Below are positions 39,818 through 64,000 of a DNA stretch of 64,000 nucleotides, one piece after another. How positions within the stretch are numbered: the first letter of the stretch is position 1; every line of letters starts with the position of its first letter. The DNA lies in NCBI RefSeq assembly GCF_009834535.1, contig NC_045698.1, forward strand, positions 684,001 through 748,000, given 5' to 3'. The position numbers were made by a program, and so were the translations under genes. The notes beneath the pieces were generated by a model. That model did not search any database. It was not told the origin of the DNA and saw only the letters and a program-made list of their open reading frames with translations. Source of the DNA: Camelus ferus. Lineage: Eukaryota.

Positions 39818-39916
39818 GATAAGGCATTAACCGTCTGGCGGACTCGCCCTCCAGATCTGCTGACGCTTCCTTTCGGCCCAGGTGCTCAGGGTGAGGAGCC
39901 AAAGGTTCCCTATAAA
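39818..39916 (+). promoter_or_regulatory. SLC6A19: SLC6A19 proximal promoter: GATA/HNF1-like site, HNF4-like DR1, TATA box
   Basis: GATAAGGCATTAAC (39818-39831; reverse GTTAATGCCTTATC), GAGCCAAAGGTTC (39896-39908), TATAAA (39911-39916) about 80 nt before the ATG. Confidence 0.7.
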
Positions 39917-39992
39917 GTGCTGGGGCTCTGGCCAGCGGCCACTCGCCCTCGCTCCGGGGCTGCACGCCACGAGGACCCACCCAGCGACCACG

Positions 39993-55736
<15,744 letters not shown>

Positions 55737-55789
55737 GCAGCCCAGCCCACGGCCTGCAGGCGCTGGGGTCGGAGGAGGGGCTGGGGCAC

Positions 55790-56180
55790 ACGCATGTGTG
55801 CCGTGTGTGAGCAAGTGTGTGCACATTGCGAGCATGTGACATGGGCACAAGCATGTGCCTAGAGTTGTGCATGTGTGTGTACAGTACAAGTGTACAAGTG
55901 TGGTGTGTATGCAGTGTGTGGGTGTGTGGGCCTGTGTATGTATGTGTGCAGTGTGGGTGTACGTAAGTGTGTGTGCATTAAAGGGGACAGGAGCGATCCT
56001 CCTGGTAGGGGTGCACACACATGTGAGTGTGTAGGCACATGTATGTGTGTGTGTGCATGTGTGTGAGCACAGATATACGTGCGCTGATGCATGAGTGTAT
56101 CCGCATGTGAGTGTGTGCTGGTGTGCTGTGCACACGTGTATACGTGTGTATGTGCATGTGTGCAAAGCTGTGTGTGCTTG
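55790..56180. repeat. Degenerate (TG)n tract in the SLC6A19 3' UTR
   Basis: Interrupted TGTGTG/TGCATG run starting about 55 nt after the stop codon. Confidence 0.9.
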
Positions 56181-56536
56181 CAGACTCTGTGCGGTCCTGC
56201 CCTGCACCACACACGCTCAGAGGGAGAGCAGAGCGACACTGGTGGGGGAGTCGGCCCCTTTGGGACGAGTCTCTGGCCCCCGCCTCTTCCCCTTGCTGTC
56301 ACCTCCCGACCCAAGGCCCCCATGGTATGGTCGGGGCTTCTCCCCCGGGTCCAGGAGCATCTTTCGCGAGCCCCATCTGGAAGAGGCTGATGAACTTGAG
56401 AGAAGCTGGTGGAATCCTGCTGGCCTGCCTGTCCGCCGGCCAGTGAAGAGGTCCCGTGTCCGGGCCGCATTCTGGCGTGCTGAATTGTGACCCACTTAAT
56501 CAAAGTTTCTGGCTGCCACGGATAGATGAACAGTTA

Positions 56537-56542
56537 AATAAA
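56537..56542 (+). terminator. SLC6A19: Candidate SLC6A19 polyadenylation signal (second candidate at 58030-58035)
   Basis: First AATAAA I found after the stop codon, about 800 nt downstream. Confidence 0.45.
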
Positions 56543-58479
56543 ACTCAACTCGGGTAATTTAAGGCAGAAACCCCCCTTTGCATTTTTTAAGAGAATATTA
56601 ACTGTGTGAATATTTAGCCAGTTGTTGGAAAGGGCAGGTTACAGGTTAACTCGGCCCTGGCCACCGAGGTTGCGGACAGCTCGTGTGTCCCAGCAGTCAG
56701 GGACTGTGAGGGCCCGGAGACCACTCGTCTGGTGCCTCGCTGGCTCCTCCCATCAAGGGAGGGATGTGACATCCAATCTCAGCCCAGGCTGCATGGGGCA
56801 GGGGTGTCTGTTCCACAGTGGTCCCCTCCACTGTCCATGAAAAGTCTGGAAGTTTAAGTTAAACTGGACCTTGTGAGAGTTCTCAGGGAGGGGACCCATG
56901 TGGAGGGTGGGTCCAGCGCCATGTTCCTGCACTCGGAGACTTCCCAGTGTCCCGCGGGGTCCCACCTCCTCTGCTCCCCAGGGCGTCCTGGCCCTCCCTT
57001 GGGGAAACTCTGGTCGGGACCCCTGCATACACCCCCCCAGCTGGGCGCGTGGCGGGGAGTCACGCTCGTGGGCGCCTGGGTGGGGCTGGCAGTCCCCTCA
57101 CTCGGTGTTTGGCAGACTGTGAGAAATGTGGGTTTTGTGGGTGCTGGTGTCTAAATAACTCACTCCTTTTCATATTCTTAGCCTAAACGTTGTCTAAGTG
57201 CAGAGGACAGCTGACGGCCGTGCCCAGTCCTGAAGGGCCGGTGCAGGACTGTGGCTTTGCTGCATCCCCAGGTGTGCCCCCCACCATGCCCGAGGTCCCA
57301 TGATGTGCGGGGGGGGGGTTGGGCCTGGGCCTCAGGAGGTAGGGGCTGCTGGTGAGGTCCCTGGGTGGGGTGGCAGGGGACGAGAGCAGGAAAGGACAGA
57401 GAGAAAGGCCTGTGCAGGTGACCTGGGGCCGCTCTCCCCTCCCCCAGCACCGCCTCCCCTCCTGTTCCCTCTTCTCCGATCCTCCCTTTTCTTACTTCCC
57501 TCTCACCCAAAAAGGAATCTTTTAAAACGTGTCCCCTGGGGCTGTGCTCCAGGACCCGCACGTCTGGAACTGTGCAGCCTGGCTGTGAGATGCAGCGTCC
57601 GGGTGTGATACTGTGGATGCAGGGCCAGGCCGTCCTCATGGAAGCGTCTGCTGGGTGGGGGGCCTGCGTGTCCAGGGAGCCCCAGGGGGAGGCCAGCTCA
57701 TCACCCCTCCAGCCAAAAGGAGGTGCTCCTAGCAGAGCTGGGGGGACTCGTGTGTCCCTCAGTCCGGCTGAGACCTCCACCGTGTGCTGTCACCACCCCC
57801 CACAGGGGGCCCTCAGGGGTACAAGCGCCCTCCCCTCTGCCCGCCCCCTCCGAGGCTCCCGGTGGGCTCACGCCCGGCGTGGGTTCCTGGGCCCTGGGCT
57901 GCCGTTGGACGCAGAGGTGAGGGCTGCGTCTCCTGGAACTGGCCTGGGCGTCCCCAGAAGAGGACTACCTGGAACCAGATGGGAAGTTCACATTCAGACA
58001 GTCTGAGAAGGTTGGAAAGCTCTTAGGGAAATAAATGTGGCTTAAAAATGAACGTGGCACCGACCTGGCAGACACCCCCGGGCATTCACCCACCACCCAC
58101 ACCCTCCACACACAGACGGCCAGCCCCGCTCACTCCCCGCGGCCCCTCCTTGTCCCTGAGTGGCGGGCATGGCGCACCGCTGGGGGCTACAAGGGGCGGC
58201 TGATTCCCACCCCGACCCACACACCTCCGGAGACTGCGGCCGACCCCCGGGTCACATGTGTGAGTCTGCTTATAAAATGATCTGGAGATGACAAATCGCA
58301 GCTTCAGAGAGCAGAGGGAGGCCGCCAGAGCTGTGGCCGTACCGGGACGGAGGGACCCCCGGTGATGGACGAGACCTCAACTGACGCGTCGGCTGTGATG
58401 TTGCCGGGGTGTCTGCAGGGCGTCGCTGCCGGGGCGGGCGCTTGGGCACTTGGAACCATTTCTACAGCCACGTGTTATC

Positions 58480-58682
58480 TCCCTGTCAAAGGGTAATTAA
58501 AAAATTAGCAATTTTATGCAGACAACCTCGGGGTCCTCGAGGTTCTCGTATTGGTGGTGACCCCAGCCCGCAGGCTGTCTGCTCCGGGCACGAAGTGGGA
58601 CGGGCTCAAGGGCGCGGGTCAGGGAGGCACTGCGGCCGTTACCGCGTTACCGATTAACTGGCCCCGCGGACGTTCCTTTAAA
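58480..58682 (+). promoter_or_regulatory. SLC6A18: SLC6A18 proximal promoter with near-consensus HNF1 site and TATA-like box
   Basis: GTTACCGATTAAC (58646-58658; HNF1 consensus GTTAATNATTAAC), TTTAAA (58677-58682), and an upstream AT-rich block with TTATCT and TTTTATG (about 58485-58517). Confidence 0.6.
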
Positions 58683-58768
58683 TGATGAGAATCACACCTG
58701 CGGGGGGACCGCACTCGGCTTCCAAAGCCCAGCAGAGGCCTGGCGGGCGGCGGGAGCGTGTGGCGGGC

Positions 58769-58940
58769 ATGGCATGTGCCACGGGGCCAGACCCGCCCGG
58801 GGACAGCAGTGGGGACGGTGGCGGGGAAGAGCGGCCCGCGTGGGACAACAGGCTACAGTACCTGCTGAGCTGCGTGGGCTTTGCCGTGGGCCTGGGCAAC
58901 TTCTGGAGGTTCCCGTACCTGTGCCAGACCTACGGGGGAG
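58769..58940 (+). CDS. SLC6A18: SLC6A18 (B0AT3/XT2) coding exon 1; the gene continues beyond the window
   Basis: GGCATGG start; [57 protein letters not shown]; phase-1 donor G|GTGAGC at the same position as SLC6A19 exon 1. The QYLLSC and CQTYGG motifs and the tandem position fit SLC6A18. Exon 2 was not found before 64000. Confidence 0.9.
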
Positions 58941-61318
58941 GTGAGCCTGCGCCGTCCCGTCCTCGCCCTCTGTGCCCACCCTGTCCTTGTCCCGGGCTGC
59001 AGTGCAGGCTGCACCTCGGGGGGTCGGGGACGCAGCCCGGCCAGGGGTGGGGGATTGCCCCCTGAGACCCAGGCGGCAGCACCCGGCCTTAGAGATGGGG
59101 GGACCCCCACATGCACTGCGGCTTCGGGTCTGCTGGGCTCCTCCCCAGGCTGCACGTCCTAGTGCCTGGCCCTGTCGCGGTAGCCATGTCGTTGCCAACA
59201 AGCACCCCTGGACAGCAAGCCCGCCCAGGGGGCCGCGGCTGCACAGGGAAGGTCAGGGTCATTTCGGGGACCCCAGCCTCCTCCCCTGGCCTAGAAGCCC
59301 ACGAGTTAGTGCAGGGGCAGCTCTGCCTGGAGCTGCTCTCACTCGGCAGCCTGTCGCTCCTGGCAGCACGCTCGCTCCTGGGGACACGGGGTCGCAGGCC
59401 TGCCGTGCCACTGTGCTCGGGAGCTGAGATTTTGCCCCCAGATGCTGTGGGCAAGGGCTTTCCAGGCAGGCTCGTCCTCCCCTGGGGTCTGAGCTCGGGG
59501 CCCCTTCTAACCCGCACAAGGCCTGCAGGCCCCCAGCGCGCCGGCTGACTCTCCTGGCTGAGTCGGGTCACTGCCGGAAATTCGGGCAGTGTCTCCTTCA
59601 GGGGCAGTGGCGCTGGCCTCTAGCCCAGGAGACGGCAAGGGCTGAGTGGGGACGATGTCTCACGCTGTGCCTTTGGTCGGGGGGTCATCCTTCCCCGTTC
59701 AAGGGCAGACGGCCCTCCTCAGGAGACGGGTGGGCGGCGGGTGGGGTGGGGTCAGCCCGGAGAGCTGACCGCACACAAGCCCCATCCACCATATGTCCTG
59801 GTTGTGAGGACAGCGCTTCACTGACGTCTTCTTTCCTTCTGATTATAAGAAGATACGGGCAGGTGGGAGAGTTTGAAAATGCATACAAACTAGCAGAGTT
59901 GCTGCCCATAGCGGCCACTCCAGGGGCGTCAGAGCCCAGGCGGGCTTGGGGCAGGGCGGGCGCCCGGGCCCCGGCTTTCCAGGTCGGCCCTCCGGGAAGG
60001 CCCCTGGACAGCACAGAAGCACAGGTGGCTGGCGCGGGGGCTCCAGGGGCGCTCTGTGCCCATGCCTCAGGACAGAGCCTCGGCCACGCCCCACACACGC
60101 GTTCCACCGTCTGCACGTTTCGATAACTGTCACATTACCCGCCACTCAGAGCTGCAGGAGCCCGAGAGCCCGGAACTCACTTTCTTGGATCCTTGTCCTT
60201 ATGGCTGGAGGCGGTCCACCCACCCCAAGGTCCAGATGGCGAGGCCACCAGGGTGACTGGGCCCTGCACCCAGAGCAGCCCCGTCACCTCCTGTGCCCGG
60301 GGGCTTTGAAACACCTCTGTAGGTTCTGTTTCCAGATGTGGAAGGTCTCGGTCAAATGCCGTGAAATATTTGTGTCTTTAACTCGCCTACCGTGAGAGGC
60401 CCCTTTCTGTCCGCTCCGACCACCTCCGATGACTTTGAAGACGAGACGGAGGCCGTCGGCAGGTGGTGCGTCACATCGATTTGCACAAACTCACCACTGA
60501 CGGTCCACGTCTCCCTCCCTTCACGCTTATCCCAGTTTGTGAGTGGAAGGCAGCACCGCGACGGGTTTGGCAGAACATCTAGACAGAAGTGCTCGGCGAT
60601 TCCGCCTCGCGGACGCCCTCGGGGCGAGCTGCTTTACGGTGCACGCAGTGCCTTCGGTTCAGAGGGCGGGAGCAGCCCGGGGCCGCTGTGTTCAGGTGCT
60701 GACCGCAGGGCCTGCCGCGTGCTGTGGCTGGGGACTCGCCCCAGGAAGCCATGCAGGCGGGTCACTTGTGGGAGGCTGCAATTTCCATGCTGCTCCTTCA
60801 CGGTCAGTGTCCCCGGGGGGCCGAGGACGCGGCGCAGCGTGAAGCACCCACAGGTTTAGAACAAGTCCTGGCGTCCAGCAGACCCGGTCCTCGTGGCCTG
60901 CTCTTCCTCTCCACGTGGTCCGCGCTTCCCCATGTGAACTGAAGACTGGGTGGCGCCCGCACGGCGATGACTGTCTCCGTCGATTTGGGAAGCGCGAGCT
61001 CCGAGGTCGTCAGTCACCCCCCACGGGACAGTGCCACCCTCATTCCTGTCTTCGCGTGGCTCTCTCCTCAGATCCTGGGGTGGTTTCTCAGGGCCCCAGG
61101 CTCTCGCTGTGCTGGCCAGAAGCTCCTTTTTCTCCATGACCCTTTCTTCGTGGATTGAACTGGGGTGTTGCATCCGGCACCCTTCCTGCTGGGAGGGCGC
61201 GGGATTCTCCCAGAGCCTCCAGGCAGGACCCGCGGCCAGCCGTCCACAGCGACCTCCTTGGACGAGTGGGGTGCAGTGCGTCTGCCTGCTCTGTGGTGTC
61301 CCTTCTGCTCTCAGGGCC

Positions 61319-62046
61319 TGTGACACCGACGTGCGAGGGTCTCCCTGCACCAGACAGCTCTCCAGTTCTCGGCGGGCATGCCTGGGTGTCCTGGGGTTTA
61401 GCCCAATCCTGACACTCCCTGAATTTAGCACAGACCCCACAGGTGAAGGGCTCGCCCCACAAGGCTGCCCCCCAGGTGCCAATCTCAAGTAGCGGGTCCT
61501 CAGGGCACCACTTCTGTCCAACTTGGCTACAAATTTCGGGGGTCCCACAACCCCCGCCTCAGTTTCAATAATTTGCAAGAACTGCTCACAGAACTCAGGA
61601 AGCCACTTTACTTACGATTACAGGTTTGTTACAGAGGATACACTCAGGAACAGCCGGATGGGAGAGACTGAAGGGTGGGGATCAGGGATGGCACGGAGCC
61701 CCCGCCAGGTCCGGGGCTGCCACCTCCCTGTGCCTCCATGTGCCACCCGCCCAGAAGCCCCACTGCACAGGCATTCCTGGTTAAATCACTCGCCGCTTGG
61801 TGATTAACTCAGGCTCCCTGGCGGTAGGGGTGGGACTGAGAGTTCCAATCACTTGGCCGTTCCTCTGGCCACCAGCCCCCAGAGTCACCTCATTAGCATA
61901 AACCCAGTTCAGGCGAAAGAGGCTTGCTATGAAAAACAGAGGCTCTCCTGTCACCCACCACCCAGGGAATCCCAGGGGTTTTAGGAGCTGCGAGCCAGGA
62001 CAGGGCGAAGCCCACATGGGTATTTCTTGCTTCATCAGAACGTCAC
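61319..62046 (-). mobile_element. MER21-like LTR in SLC6A18 intron 1
   Basis: CAGACCCCACAGGTGAAGGGCTC...CTTCTGTCCAACTTGGCTACAAAT...CTCACAGAACTCAGGAAG...CACCTCATTAGCATAAAC...GGGTTTTAGGAGCT. Confidence 0.8.
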
Positions 62047-64000
62047 GGGTGCTCGTGAACCCCTGCTCTGAGCTGACCCGACAGGCTGCACTCGGAGGTG
62101 CATGGACCTTCCTACCCCCTCGACGATGCTCCTCCTTCCTCCTTGTCCTGCAGAAACACCTTCATGGTGTGACGTCCACTCAGGGAAGCAGGTGCCCACG
62201 CTGGAGGGGACAGTCCTCTGAGCCCCCCTCAACAGCCCAGTGTCCACACGGCTGTCCTGTTGGGCTAACACGCATCCGGCACTTGGGGTGGACGCTCCTC
62301 CCCGAGGCTTCAGTCTCGTGATCACAGAAATGCCTCTCATCCTTCTCTCCCCAGACGTGGTGATCCAGTCACAGGAGAACCCCTCCCCACCCCGAGATCT
62401 TTCCTCTGGGTGGTCCCTGCCATACTGACCTCAGCCAGCCCCTCTGGCCCCGAACTGAGACCGTCCTCCTGGGGCCTTCCCCTCGGAGCAGGGGTCACGG
62501 GGCCAAGGGACAGTCAGCCCGGAGGCTGCAGCCTTTCCAGACACTGGATCAAATGCTGGGACTCAGGCCCTGCCTGAAAGCTGGCCAGGCGTGCACTTAC
62601 AAGGCCCATGTGGGCATCTCATGTCTGTCCGCGCCACGCTGCAGGTGTGCGCCCTGAGGCCCGCGGGCGGCTGGGAGATCACAAGACCCCACAGTGCAGG
62701 ACAGAGGTGGGTGGGAAGGAAGAGGGCAGGCTGGAGAGGGCTCCTCCCTCTGGGCCTTGGACCCCAGGCCTGTGGCCGACCCCCTCCCCAGGGGCTCCCA
62801 CTCCTCCAGCTCTAAGCCCAGCCCACAGGTGTCCCGCCTTCCCTGGGTGGCTGTCTCTGGGAGTCCAGCATGTCCATCGAAGTTGAGACCCTCCAGAATT
62901 CAACTTTGTCCTTTAAGATGGCTTTGCTTTTCTGCTGCTGTATAAGAGACACCCACGAGCACATGTGCCCCAGACACTGGCCCCGGAGTCCTGTGCAGAG
63001 GCCGACCTGGGCCAAGGGCCCATGGCCACCTGCTTTCTCCAGGGCCCTGACTCGATGTCAGGAAAGCCAGCAGGAGGCTGTGCTGGCGAAATCCCAGGCA
63101 CCTGGGGCTTGTGGAAACGGCCCTTAGAGAGAGCCAAGCGTCCCACGGACAGCACAGGAGAGATGGCGCCTGCTTCAGCCGCTGTCCTCGGTCAAGGGGC
63201 CTAGAAGTCTGCTCCCTGGTGTCGCCGGACGTGTGTGTAGGTTGGGAACAGCTGCCGGGCCTGGAGCACCTAAGTGCCCACACACCTTGGCCTGAAGCAC
63301 GTGGACTGAGGGTGCCTGGAGGGCAGGACTTCCAGTTCCAATTGCAGCGTGGACCCTGGGGACGGACAGAGACGCCAACACCGCCAGCTCCGCTCTGGGG
63401 GCTGAGCTCTCTTCCCAAACAATGCGGAAACCAGCCTCTGCCCAGCAGGCCTCCCAGGTCGTGGCCCTGGTCCTGTGGGCTCAAGTAGGCCAGGTCCTGC
63501 CACCTCCCAGCACCTGCTCCATCCACACTGGCTTGCGGTGCAGAAAGGCAGCTGCTGTCTTTGCCTGCCCTTCCATTGGGTCCCCTCCATTGGTCAGCAC
63601 GTGCTCCCTCCTGGGGACCACAACGCCCTCACCCACCACGGCCGTGTCCACACCTAGTGTCCCACTGGGTGAAGGGGTGGAGAGACAGCTCCCTGCCCCA
63701 ACTCGGGGAGACGTTTGAGAGGCTGTCTGCTTCCTGCAAGTCTCCACCATGAACAGACCAGCTCCCCGTCCCAGGAGCACCGGGGCCAGGGGTCCCAGGG
63801 TCTCAGTGAGAACCACACCGCCTGTCTGTGGATGAAAGTTGCCACCAAAGCACTGGTGGTGGGAGCCGCCACGTCACCTAAAACAACGGAAAACCAGGTG
63901 CCCCGACATTGGGGTCACATCTCCCCGTCTCTGGCAGCCACGGGTGCTTCTCCCCAGCCCCGGCCCGGTCCTCCTGCCTGAGGCTGGCCATGGCAGAGGG

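Noticed and set aside
58682..58768. Upstream in-frame ATGs extending SLC6A18 by 29 aa
   Set aside because: They overlap the TATA-like TTTAAA and are probably upstream of the TSS; the ATG at 58769 has better context and matches the orthologous start.

Overview
GC-rich mammalian genomic DNA, not prokaryotic. The window holds a complete 12-exon SLC6A19 gene (B0AT1 neutral amino-acid transporter; + strand, 39993-55736, 1905 nt = 634 aa, all introns GT-AG). About 3 kb downstream is coding exon 1 of its tandem paralogue SLC6A18 (58769-58940). A minus-strand CpG-island exon at 18029-18218 looks like an alternative upstream first exon of SLC12A7/KCC4 and carries an RFxV (SPAK/OSR1-docking) motif. This matches the known SLC12A7(-)-SLC6A19(+)-SLC6A18(+)-TERT gene order. 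The rest is intronic/intergenic: eroded L1, L2, MLT, MER21- and MER53-like repeats, one well-preserved solo ERV LTR with a 4-bp TSD, two minisatellites and several CA/TG tracts. Nearly all ORFs in the supplied track are GC-content artefacts. I cannot support a wholly new biological system. The best leads are the RFxV-bearing KCC4 exon, a minisatellite abutting the SLC6A19 exon 3 acceptor, an intronic inverted repeat, and possible relaxed constraint on SLC6A18. Repeat family names and orthologue comparisons come from recalled consensus sequences, and repeat boundaries are approximate.
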